A stretch of DNA of 56,948 nucleotides from Candidatus Wolfebacteria bacterium RIFOXYB1_FULL_54_12 (GCA_001793895.1 MGIT01000004.1:8517-65464), one strand, 5' to 3'. Positions 8,810 to 17,333 are shown, counted from the first letter of the stretch. The notes: generated from the letters alone by a model not told the origin. A program made the numbers and translations.

Positions 8810-9538
8810 ATGCTTACAAAAAACCTGCAAAAGATCGGGCTCAATGAAAAGGAAGCAAAGGTCTATCTCGCTTCCCTTGAATTAGGGGAAGCCAACATCC
8901 AGCGTATTGCCAAAAAAGCGGGCATCAAACGCACCACCGCCTACGATATTCTTGCCTCCCTTAAGGAAAAGGGGCTTATTAGCACGGTCAAAAAAGATAA
9001 GCGCTTCTATTATTATGCCGAAAACCCTTCATCATTGATGGCCGATCTGGAGGAAAAGCAGGAGGCACTGAAGAAGATCATGCCCGAGCTTCTTTCGTTC
9101 GATAACCTCTTGGACCGCAAGCCAAAGATCCGCTATTTCGAAGGAGCGCAGGGACTGAAAGAAGTCTATATGGATACACTAAGCTATCCTGACCGGGAAA
9201 TGCTTTCGTGGGTAGCCGAAGAAGCGTTTTATGATTTTGATGTTGATTTTCTTGAATCCCGTTATCACCCCACACGGATCAAGAAAAAAATCTGGACCCG
9301 CGAGATCGCATCTGATGACCCTGCAACACGCGCCTATCAGGCGAAAGACGCAAGCAGTCTGCGCAAAACAAAGCTGCTTCCTTCGAAGCCGTTTCCTTTG
9401 GATGTCGGCATCAGCATCTATGGCGACAACAAAGTAGGGATCGTTTCCTTCAAAGAGGGGCTTGGCCTTATCATCGAAAGCGACAAGATCCACAACACGC
9501 TCAAAAGCATGTTCGAGTTCTTTTGGGAAAAGCTTTGA
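8810..9538 (+). CDS. TrmB-family transcriptional regulator
   Basis: N-terminal LNEKEAKVYLASLELGEANIQRIAKKAGIKRTTAYDILASLKEKGLI winged-HTH, 242 aa. Confidence 0.8.
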   Translation: MLTKNLQKIGLNEKEAKVYLASLELGEANIQRIAKKAGIKRTTAYDILASLKEKGLISTVKKDKRFYYYAENPSSLMADLEEKQEALKKIMPELLSFDNLLDRKPKIRYFEGAQGLKEVYMDTLSYPDREMLSWVAEEAFYDFDVDFLESRYHPTRIKKKIWTREIASDDPATRAYQAKDASSLRKTKLLPSKPFPLDVGISIYGDNKVGIVSFKEGLGLIIESDKIHNTLKSMFEFFWEKL

Positions 9539-9586
9539 CCCCTCTGAATTACAAAACCACCCTTGTCTTGCCGTAAACCTGACTAT

Positions 9587-9703
9587 TGTCATTCCGAGCC
9601 CATTCGTCCGCCAGCTGGCGGATCAGGGTAAACCGTAGTCGAGGAATCCGCAGTGCTTTTGCTACAGATCCCTCGGCTCCGTTTCACTGCACTCGGGATG
9701 ACA
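9587..9703. repeat. hairpin-repeat cluster
   Basis: tgtcattccgag...ccgccagctggcgg...ctcgggatgaca. Confidence 0.8.
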
Positions 9704-9735
9704 TGCCGAGTTTCGTAATTTAAAGTTGATAAGAA

Positions 9736-9772
9736 TAAAAAAAAGGCGGAAAACTTTTTAGGTTTTTCCGCC
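9736..9772 (-). terminator. Rho-independent terminator after the receiver-like operon
   Basis: GGCGGAAAAAC-loop-GTTTTCCGCC followed by T8 on the minus strand. Confidence 0.7.
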
Positions 9773-9933
9773 TCGTACTACTCTGCCTTTCTTGGTGGCT
9801 CCTCTGACCATCTGTCGCTTTTATTGCGTCCTTTTAGGACCTTTATTACACAACTCCGACGATCTCCATTGCCTTCCCCCGGCGCGGTTGCGTTTACCCG
9901 GGGCATACTTTCCAAGAGTGCAGACCTGGACCG

Positions 9934-10614
9934 TTATTCTTCCTGTTCGCCACTGGTGAGGCGATCCAGGATATCTTTCCAGTCCTTTCCCTTCTCGGCG
10001 TAGTCCACACCGGTAGCGTGGCAGGTGTAGCAATCGTAGGCGCTATCGTCTGCACGCCGCTGCTTACCCGTGCCGCCACATTCCCGGCAAGGTCCTTCGG
10101 TACCCGTTATACCAACCCTTTTGATATGATTGGTAAACAGCGCCTTGGCGCCTGCAACCGGGAACACTCCACGGTCCATGCGATCGAGCATGGCGCTCGC
10201 CGGATGACTGTGGTGGTCCATGTCGGTAACAACCGCCACGAACTTCGCGCCTTCCAGTGCCGCATCAATGGCGAGCGCCCAGCCGATCGGCATTTCCGTG
10301 CCGACATACTGCAGGCCATTGCCCCCTTGGGTTTTCCTACCCGCGGGCATCAGCAAATCAGAGAGCACCGCATCCCAGTAGGGAAGCTTGCACTCTTCCA
10401 TTGCCTTCGCCCACACTTCGCCGCACCAGCCATAGCCTGCCGCTTCTGCCTCTGCCTTGAGTCGCAGAAGTTTTTCCCTGTCGCACGGCTTTTCCCGCAC
10501 GAGCTCTACCGCTTCATCGTGGCTTCCCACTACGGTAAGCTCATGCTCTTCGCCGAGCGTCTGGTAGGCTGCCTTCCGGTGCGCGGCATTGTCATCAATA
10601 ACGAGAATCTTCAT
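9934..10614 (-). CDS. receiver (REC)-like domain protein with C-terminal DnaJ-type CxxCxGxG zinc-finger motifs
   Basis: MKILVIDDN start, DAVLSDLLMPAG acceptor-like segment, C-terminal CRECGGTGK and CYTCHATG. There is an insertion of about 40 aa before the acceptor Asp. Confidence 0.5.
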   Translation of the reverse strand: MKILVIDDNAAHRKAAYQTLGEEHELTVVGSHDEAVELVREKPCDREKLLRLKAEAEAAGYGWCGEVWAKAMEECKLPYWDAVLSDLLMPAGRKTQGGNGLQYVGTEMPIGWALAIDAALEGAKFVAVVTDMDHHSHPASAMLDRMDRGVFPVAGAKALFTNHIKRVGITGTEGPCRECGGTGKQRRADDSAYDCYTCHATGVDYAEKGKDWKDILDRLTSGEQEE

Positions 10615-10634
10615 GGCCTTTCTCCTGCTGTGGT

Positions 10635-10994
10635 TTACGCCAGCCCTTTGCCGGCGATGTGATTCGTAAATCTTCTCATCTCTTCGCCATCTTCCCTGAC
10701 AAAGGAAATAGTGAATACTGAAAGCAGTCCTTTGAAGCGCTCGTTCTTGCTAAGCGCTTCCGCACTCTTTTCAATATTATTCCCCTCACCTACTCCGATG
10801 GCGAACAATATTACCCTTTTCCCGGCCAGCAGGAGGTCAAGCGCTTCATTGACATTGGTGCAAAGCACCTCGTCTGCAGAAGCCATATCCTCAACAACCC
10901 TGCCCAGCGCGCAGGCAATCAGCACGCCGAGAGTATTTTTTATCGGACCGTCCTCGGTGTTTATATACACCTTTTTCCTTTTTAAGCCGTCCAT
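10635..10994 (-). CDS. hypothetical 119-aa protein (possible degenerate receiver fold)
   Basis: ATG at 10994 is preceded by GGAGGTGAAGG. The listed longer ORF (to 11138) would read through the conserved RNA-like element. Confidence 0.5.
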   Translation of the reverse strand: MDGLKRKKVYINTEDGPIKNTLGVLIACALGRVVEDMASADEVLCTNVNEALDLLLAGKRVILFAIGVGEGNNIEKSAEALSKNERFKGLLSVFTISFVREDGEEMRRFTNHIAGKGLA

Positions 10995-11065
10995 TCTTCC
11001 TTCACCTCCATTAAATATCCCGCAATACGGGCTGCGCACGATCGCGCCAATTTTTAAACGAACCG

Positions 11066-11240
11066 CTCCCTTCGAATTCCCGTTCTGTGAACCGAAACTC
11101 GATAAGGAGGGCAAGTGAATTCTCCAAATAGAACTCACTTGCCCGACCCTCCGTCGAGGGCGCCACGCTTCATCAATTTTTTACTGTGGTTGTGGTTTTA
11201 TTCCACGATTATCGTCGGTTGTGCGCGCGCAAGCCCGACG
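11066..11240 (-). repeat. conserved multi-hairpin element (A-B-C-D module), copy 3
   Basis: CGTCGG-N16-CCGACG, GTGGAATAAAACCAC, AAAAAATTGATG, GGGCAAGTG-loop-CACTTGCCC, CGGTTC-acag-GAACGGG. Confidence 0.8.
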
Positions 11241-11354
11241 GTGAAGTTTTTGAGAAAAACTTCACCAAAAACTCTGTTACATGGGTGGCATAGCCTCTCC
11301 TTGTTTGTTTTTGCCCTTTCGGACCAGTTCCTTCAAAACCATGTAAAACCTCTA

Positions 11355-11535
11355 CGGGTCCCCGTTCTTACGAACCGGAATCCGATAGAAGGGGCAAGTG
11401 ATGATATCACCGCTTGCCCACCTTTCCACCGTCGCATCATGCGCTGGCGGAAAGGGTAGTAACGCCATCAATTTTTTAGATAGGGTGGTTTTCTTCCACC
11501 TTTAGCGTCGGCTGCGTTACTGTTGCCCGACGGGG
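11355..11535 (-). repeat. conserved multi-hairpin element (A-B-C-D module), copy 4
   Basis: CGTCGG-N15-CCGACG, GTGGAAGAAAACCAC, AAAAAATTGATG, GGGCAAGCG-loop-CACTTGCCC, CGGTTC-gtaa-GAACGGG. Confidence 0.8.
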
Positions 11536-11720
11536 ACCCTACTCAAAATCTTGGGCAAAATCCCGATTTCTATCCCCTCTCGTGGCCATGTTGGGTCGTG
11601 GCCAGCGAATAAGGGGTCAACCTCCTTTTTCCCGATATTTTATCTGTCGGCCTCGGGTGGCTGTTATTTTTCCAAGGTGCTTCGCAAGGATGTTTTTCTT
11701 TCCTTCATCCTTACGCCCCC

Positions 11721-11749
11721 ACAATAACTTTTTTATGTCAACCAGTCAA
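11721..11749 (-). promoter_or_regulatory. sigma70-like promoter heading a ~730-nt leader
   Basis: Minus strand TTGACT-17 nt-TATTGT, followed by GTAAGGATGAAGG as at 8640. Confidence 0.4.
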
Positions 11750-11999
11750 TAATTTTGCCAAATTATGCTTTTCGCTTTATGTATAACCTCATTTATACAG
11801 CATAAATACTACATAAATTGACTGACTTTAGTAAAAATAAAAAATGACCCTTTCGGCGTCATAATGTTCCCATGCGTAATTTTATCGATCTTTCACTTAA
11901 AATAGCGCCTGTATGCACAGCCCATTACCAAGCGCTATCCTCTGCCTGCCCCCCACTTTTATGGCTACTTCCCTACTATTCCGTCATCGCAAGACGGAT

Positions 12000-12028
12000 A
12001 ATGTAACGATGTCAGACATCGTTACATT
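12000..12028. repeat. REP-like palindrome AATGTAACGATGTC-A-GACATCGTTACATT
   Basis: Variant of the palindrome flanking the Y1 transposase at 52.3 kb, with stem positions changed on both arms. Confidence 0.75.
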
Positions 12029-12860
12029 ATTTTTCTTTGTATTGTTTGATTGTTCCGTTTTCGATGATTAACTGGACCATGCCGTCGGTGTCGGTGCGGA
12101 ACAGGCGGGCTTTGGCCTGTTTGATGCGGTTCAGCACTTCAGCGGTCGGGTGGCCGTAGGAGTTCTTGCCCACCTCTATTACGGCAATTTGAGGGCGTAC
12201 GGCACGCAAAAACTCCGCGGTCGTGGAAAATCGCGACCCGTGATGTGGGATCTTTAAAATATCGGCCTTTACATTTTTACTCCCCGCAAGCTGCAGCTCC
12301 GTGTCTTTACCTATGTCGCCCGTGAACAATGTCGAGATTCCTTCGCTCGTGAGTTTTGCCACCAGCGCACCTTCATTCTTGTTTTTCCCGTGCGCGGACA
12401 AAATATCTATCTTGCTTTTTATGTGGGCTATGCCACCCCCTTCGTTCAAACTGATAACCGGAATATTCTTTTCTTTTACTAAACTTGCCAGCTCTTTAAA
12501 ACTTTCCGAGTTGCTTCCTGTGCCGTTATATATAAATGCGCCAACCTCATAGTGCTTCAATACATCAAGCAACCCGCCAAAATGGTCAAGTTCCGCGTGC
12601 GATAGCATAATAATATCAATATAGCGGTCATGCCAAGGCAATACAGCCCCCAATTGTTGCGCGGCCTTGCCGTTTGGCGGGCCGCCATCGATCAACAATT
12701 TTACGCCGCCCGGCATAACCACCATTTCGCTATCGCCTTGCCCTACGGCAAAGAAATACAATTCGAGCCGCTTACCGAAGTCGTCGAATATGATACTACC
12801 CCACGCGAGCATATCGAGGATGACCAGACCGACGATGATTATTTTGAGATTGGTTTTCAT
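12027..12860 (-). CDS. comEC: ComEC/Rec2 C-terminal metallo-beta-lactamase domain protein (separate ORF)
   Basis: N-terminal TM segment, then FFAVGQGDSEMVV, IIMLSHAELDHFGGL and KIPHHGS motifs. Confidence 0.8.
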   Translation of the reverse strand: MKTNLKIIIVGLVILDMLAWGSIIFDDFGKRLELYFFAVGQGDSEMVVMPGGVKLLIDGGPPNGKAAQQLGAVLPWHDRYIDIIMLSHAELDHFGGLLDVLKHYEVGAFIYNGTGSNSESFKELASLVKEKNIPVISLNEGGGIAHIKSKIDILSAHGKNKNEGALVAKLTSEGISTLFTGDIGKDTELQLAGSKNVKADILKIPHHGSRFSTTAEFLRAVRPQIAVIEVGKNSYGHPTAEVLNRIKQAKARLFRTDTDGMVQLIIENGTIKQYKEK

Positions 12861-12870
12861 GTGAACTATT

Positions 12871-12939
12871 TGTCATCCTGAACTCGTTTCAGGATCTTAT
12901 GTTCTGTTGGCGAGATTCCGAAACAAGTTCGGAATGACA
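12871..12939. repeat. ~70-bp double-hairpin element between the two comEC ORFs
   Basis: tgtcatcctgaactcgtttcaggatct-N-gattccgaaacaagttcggaatgaca. Confidence 0.85.
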
Positions 12940-12975
12940 ATGCAAGGAATAATGCGCGGGGGATAATGCGAGAAG

Positions 12976-14433
12976 TTAGGGTTGTGCAGCGTGTGCAGTG
13001 GTAGTCAATATTTGCGTCTTGCGATGACGCAAATATAGCAGCATTCCTCCGGCGGCGGCGTAATAGAATAATAGCAATACACCCGTCATTGGCATTGTAA
13101 ATCCTTTATATGTGCCGAATAGTTCTATTACTCCTATCTCGTATTGCAACAGCACCGACACGCCCCATGCGGGTATGGTCGCCAGCGGAGCCGCAACAAA
13201 TCCGATTGCCGCGATAAGAAACCCCAATCCCATCGTAACGGGAATAAATGAAAGAATGACGATGTTGGATGCCAACGACACCAGCGAAAAAGAGCCAACG
13301 GATTGCATCAATATGGGAAACACCATAAGTTGCGCGGATAGCGTGCCCGACAAGTTTTCCCGCCAATTCAATATGCCGCTTTTCTTTCGCTTGATGTATG
13401 CGTCAAGATATGGCTTCACATAAATGATGCCTATCAGCGCGGCGAATGAAAGCTGAAACCCGAGGTCGTACCGAAGCACATTCGGGTTATATAGCACCAT
13501 CGCGCAGGCACTTATGGCGATCGCATTGCGCATACTATGCGTGCGCCCTATGTGGGTTGCCAACAACACGATACTCCCCATGATCGCCGCGCGCACCACC
13601 GACGCTTCGGCTCCGGCCATAACCACGAAACCCACGACAGCGCCAAGTGTTGCGTAAAATGCCGCCGTGCGGCGCAACAGCAACCCGCAGGCCAACAGTA
13701 TCGCTTCCGCAACCACACTGATGTTGTACCCGGACAGCGCAACCAAGTGCGTCGTGCCGCTGTTTGCCATATTTTCCCTAAACTCCCGGTCGAACTCGGC
13801 GCGTTCGCCCAGTGTGATCCCCGCGAGCAGTGCCGCTTCTTTGGCAGGCAGTGCCCGCTTGTATATTTCCACGGCCGACCTCCTTATCGCGAACAGCCGC
13901 GTTACGATCGGATTGCCGTCGTTTCTTTTTACCATATCCACCTCGGGAAATTGCATCGTTGCAAACAATGCGTCTTTCAATAAAAATCTCCAGTTGTCTT
14001 CTTTTGGGTTTTGCACATTCCCTGTCAGCACAAGCGCATCACCATATGCTACGGTCGGATATGCTCGAGCTACTACCGAAAGTCTTCCCGTATGTGGCTC
14101 GTCCAGCCGCACGATAAGCCTTTGGCTGTTTTCCATCTTTCGGACCTCTATTACATGCGCGCGTATTGCCGCCTGTGTGCCTATGAGCGGCGCTATTTGG
14201 TCCCGTTGATGCACATTATATCCGGTCCAATACAACCCGCCCAATATGCCCATGAGCGCAAGCGTAGCCAGCCACCCCAGTCGGACACTCCCCTTTTTGT
14301 ATGCGACCCAACCGAGGCTTCCCGCAATAGCCACAGCACTTACGGACATGCCCGCGAGACTCATTGTCGGAGCAAAAAATATGCCAAGCAGAAAAAACAC
14401 GATCCCAAAAAATACGGACTCGTGGAGATGCAT
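12976..14433 (-). CDS. comEC: ComEC/Rec2 competence channel domain protein (N-terminal/membrane part)
   Basis: 485 aa polytopic protein with an OB-like segment (RAHVIEVRKMENSQRLIVRLDEP) and a THLVALSGYNISVV competence-domain motif. Confidence 0.8.
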   Translation of the reverse strand: MHLHESVFFGIVFFLLGIFFAPTMSLAGMSVSAVAIAGSLGWVAYKKGSVRLGWLATLALMGILGGLYWTGYNVHQRDQIAPLIGTQAAIRAHVIEVRKMENSQRLIVRLDEPHTGRLSVVARAYPTVAYGDALVLTGNVQNPKEDNWRFLLKDALFATMQFPEVDMVKRNDGNPIVTRLFAIRRSAVEIYKRALPAKEAALLAGITLGERAEFDREFRENMANSGTTHLVALSGYNISVVAEAILLACGLLLRRTAAFYATLGAVVGFVVMAGAEASVVRAAIMGSIVLLATHIGRTHSMRNAIAISACAMVLYNPNVLRYDLGFQLSFAALIGIIYVKPYLDAYIKRKKSGILNWRENLSGTLSAQLMVFPILMQSVGSFSLVSLASNIVILSFIPVTMGLGFLIAAIGFVAAPLATIPAWGVSVLLQYEIGVIELFGTYKGFTMPMTGVLLLFYYAAAGGMLLYLRHRKTQILTTTAHAAQP

Positions 14434-14443
14434 GCGCGTCAGT

Positions 14444-14579
14444 TGTCATTCCGGAATTCGCCAGCAGGCGAATATCCGGAATCCAGTACATTATACATAT
14501 ATAAGTTTTGCGCTCCGCAATTGGTTGAAATGGATTCCCGCCTCCGCGGGAATGACAGAAAATGAAGCACGGGATGACA
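14444..14579. repeat. hairpin-repeat cluster
   Basis: Includes ggattcccgcctccgcgggaatgaca at 14532..14557. Confidence 0.8.
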
Positions 14580-14622
14580 ATACGAAGAGGAGTGACGATT
14601 TGCGCAGGGATGGAACAATTGC

Positions 14623-15150
14623 TTAAAAATCTACGCCTTTTTTTGCTTTAATCCCCTTTGAAAATGCGTGCTTTACTTCGTTCATTTCCGTTACGGTGTC
14701 GGCCAATGCGATGAAACTTTTCGGAGCGTTGCGACCGGTCAATATCATGTCGACACTCTCAGGGACTTTCTTTAATATATCGGTTACGCTTTTTGCGCTG
14801 ATCAATTTCAATTCCACTGCATTGTTTATTTCGTCGAGAATCACGAGGTCGTATTTTTTTGACGCAATCAGCTCTACTGCTTTTTGCAGTCCTTCTTCAG
14901 CCGCCTTTTTATGTTCCTTGAATGGCAATGTGTCCCCCGGAAGGCTTACAAACCCTTTTCCTGTTTTTATTATTCTGAATTTGCCCGCAGGTATGTTGCA
15001 TTCTTTTGCGAACAGGTCTTCCCCGCTCTTCCATGGACCTTTAATGAACTGTATCATCACAACCTTTTTCCCGTAGCCCAATGCACGCAAGGCCACCCCC
15101 AGTGAGGCGGTCGTCTTCCCTTTCCCGTTACCTGTGTTTATGAGGATCAT
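14623..15150 (-). CDS. cobO: cob(I)yrinic acid a,c-diamide adenosyltransferase (CobO/BtuR family)
   Basis: MILINTGNGKGKTTASLGVALRALGYGKKVVMIQFIKG and LVILDEIN motifs. Confidence 0.8.
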   Translation of the reverse strand: MILINTGNGKGKTTASLGVALRALGYGKKVVMIQFIKGPWKSGEDLFAKECNIPAGKFRIIKTGKGFVSLPGDTLPFKEHKKAAEEGLQKAVELIASKKYDLVILDEINNAVELKLISAKSVTDILKKVPESVDMILTGRNAPKSFIALADTVTEMNEVKHAFSKGIKAKKGVDF

Positions 15151-15204
15151 AATTCTTTCATTGTAGCAAAATTAAAAAACGGCGTCAGCCGTTTTTAAAT
15201 TGTA

Positions 15205-15292
15205 TGGTGCCCAGGACTGGACTCGAACCAGCATGCCCATTACAGGCGTCACCACCTCAAGGTGATGGGTCTACCAATTTCCCCACCTGGGC
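15205..15292 (-). tRNA. tRNA-Leu (anticodon GAG), CCA encoded
   Basis: GCCCAGG acceptor, anticodon arm TCACC-TTGAGGT-GGTGA, long variable arm, T arm GCTGG-TTCGAGT-CCAGT, ...CCTGGGCACCA. Confidence 0.9.
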
Positions 15293-15457
15293 ATTTATAA
15301 CTTCCCTATAGTACCTAAAACCTTCCCAATTTTCAAGCGCTTGCGGGATAGGTAAGCCCCGGAAGAATTGTCATTCCTGCGAAAGCAGGAATCTCGTCGT
15401 TACTATCTCAGCCATGAGATCCCGTGTCAAAGCACGGGATGACGGAAGACAAGTCAT

Positions 15458-15742
15458 CTATAATATCTCATATAAATCACTCCACGCCTTATTATCTTTT
15501 TCTATTAGCTCCACCTTCCATTCTCTCTTCCACTTCTTCATTTGTTTTTCCCTTTCTATTGCGGCATACACATCACTTGTTTGTTCAAAATACATCAATC
15601 TATCCACATTGTATTTTTTTGTAAATCCTTTTACAATCTTTTGCTTGTGCTCCCACACTCTCCGCTTCACATCATTAGTTACGCCGATATACAATACTCC
15701 ATCCTTTTTGTTTGTGAGAATATATACGTAATAATTATTCAT
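15458..15742 (-). CDS. GIY-YIG nuclease family protein (UPF0213-like)
   Basis: YYVYILTNKKDGVLYIGVTNDVKRRVWEHK, 94 aa. Confidence 0.85.
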   Translation of the reverse strand: MNNYYVYILTNKKDGVLYIGVTNDVKRRVWEHKQKIVKGFTKKYNVDRLMYFEQTSDVYAAIEREKQMKKWKREWKVELIEKDNKAWSDLYEIL

Positions 15743-15867
15743 ATGAGATTCCTGCTGGAGTTTATCCCGTACTTGATACGGGACCCGCGTCAGGAATGAC
15801 AGCCGATGTGAATAATTTTATTATACCATACAAGCTCTTTCCTAAATCGTCTACCAATATATTCATC

Positions 15868-15893
15868 AAAAAAACCCGCCGGAGCGGATTTTT
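15868..15893 (-). terminator. weak Rho-independent terminator after rplS
   Basis: TCCGC-tccg-GCGGG followed by T7 on the minus strand. Confidence 0.45.
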
Positions 15894-15904
15894 TGTTGGT
15901 AGCT

Positions 15905-16228
15905 TTATGCGGCAATGCCGATCTTTTCCCGGGTCTTCTTTTTGGAAAGACTTCGAACGAAGTAGAGTTTTGCGCGGCGCACTTTTTTCGGGGCGGTGAG
16001 TACTTCCACCTTCGAGATCAACGGAGTGTTGAACGGATACACCTTTTCAACGCCAATTTCGCTGATGATCGAACGGACGGTAAATGTCGAACCGATCTCC
16101 TTGCCATGCTTTGTCGCAATAACGATCCCCTGGAATTTGCTGACGCGTTCCTTTTCGCCATCCTTGATGCGCTCCCAAACGCGTACGCTTGCTCCCGGCT
16201 TTATTTTTGCCATGAGTTCTTTATCCAT
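15905..16228 (-). CDS. rplS: 50S ribosomal protein L19
   Basis: PGASVRVWERIKDGEKERVSKFQGIVIATKHG...VEKVYPFNTPLISKVEVL. Confidence 0.9.
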   Translation of the reverse strand: MDKELMAKIKPGASVRVWERIKDGEKERVSKFQGIVIATKHGKEIGSTFTVRSIISEIGVEKVYPFNTPLISKVEVLTAPKKVRRAKLYFVRSLSKKKTREKIGIAA

Positions 16229-16274
16229 AGTTCGCTTATATTAGTGGATTATAGGGCTGTTGTCAAACGGGCTC

Positions 16275-16533
16275 TGTCATTCCGGACGTGGGCCCCGTAT
16301 CAAGTACGGGATAAACTCCGGCGGGGATCCAGAGTTTTCTGCAGTAGCGGTGACTCGCGCAATAGACACTGGATTCCCGTTTTCACGGGAATGACAATGC
16401 GAATATGTACGTCATCAGATGACGTACATTGGCTGAGTGCTGTATACCGGCTTCCGCGCTCCGTGTGCCACCGCTAAAGCTTCGGCGACACGCGGTCGGC
16501 CATAGCCTTCGGCGGCGTGCGACCGGTATGACA
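16275..16533. repeat. hairpin-repeat array including a triple-hairpin composite and the REP-like palindrome ATGTACGTCATC-A-GATGACGTACAT (16405..16429)
   Basis: Direct reading; shares CCAGAGTTTTCTGCAGTAGCGGTG with 32.3 kb. Confidence 0.8.
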
Positions 16534-16571
16534 GAAAAATGTGCGGAGTGAGAAAAAGGGAGATGTGGGGG

Positions 16572-17333
16572 CTATCCCTTCAGCTTCTTCAAAACTTTTT
16601 GCAGGTCGGCGGGCAATTCTGCTTCAATGTTCAATTTATGTCCCTCGGAGGCCAAAAACTCTACCGATTCGGCGTGCAAAAAATGGCGATCGAGCCCGAG
16701 TGGGTTCTTTTTTGCTCCGTACATGACGTCACCGACGATTGCATGCCCGATGGATGCCAAGTGCACCCGGATCTGGTGCGTGCGGCCCGTTTTCGGCTTG
16801 GCGCGAACCAGCGTAAACTCATAGATCTTCCGCTTTTCCGATTCCGGATCGTCGAACTCGAATCGTTCCACAACTTCATATTCGGTCAAGGCTTCCTTTG
16901 TCATTTTCCCTTCATGCACCGTGCGCTTCGTTGTGCCTCCTTTTAAGCTGATTGGCCTATTTATAATGCCGTTCTTTTCCTGTATCTTCCCCCAAACGAG
17001 CGCAAGGTATGTCTTTTGAATGCCGTGCGTCTGAAATAGGTTTTTTAAATATTTAAAATATTCGTGACTGCGCGGTACTAAAATGACACCCGAGGTATCT
17101 TTGTCGAGCCGATGCACGATGCCCGGACGCTGCTGCGGGTCATCACCCACCTTTTTTACCTCCGGGTAGTGCTTCAGCAGCCAATCGGTAAGCGCCTCCG
17201 TTTTCTGCTCCCCCGTTATCGGTTGCCGGTTATCGGTTATCGGTTTATATGGGTGCACCAAAAGATGCGCCGGCTTGTTTATGGCCACTACGTTTTTGTC
17301 TTCATATATGACTGTGATGTCTTTGCGTTCCAT
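16572..17333 (-). CDS. RluA-family pseudouridine synthase (no S4 domain)
   Basis: GIVHRLDKDTSGVILV catalytic motif and RTHQIRVHLA. Carries a heptamer-repeat-derived insertion at 17209..17246. Confidence 0.85.
   Translation of the reverse strand: MERKDITVIYEDKNVVAINKPAHLLVHPYKPITDNRQPITGEQKTEALTDWLLKHYPEVKKVGDDPQQRPGIVHRLDKDTSGVILVPRSHEYFKYLKNLFQTHGIQKTYLALVWGKIQEKNGIINRPISLKGGTTKRTVHEGKMTKEALTEYEVVERFEFDDPESEKRKIYEFTLVRAKPKTGRTHQIRVHLASIGHAIVGDVMYGAKKNPLGLDRHFLHAESVEFLASEGHKLNIEAELPADLQKVLKKLKG

Noticed and set aside
10995-11138. The N-terminal 48 aa of the listed 167-aa ORF.
   Set aside because: It would be translated from the conserved hairpin C/D element. The ATG at 10994 has a GGAGGTGAAGG RBS.
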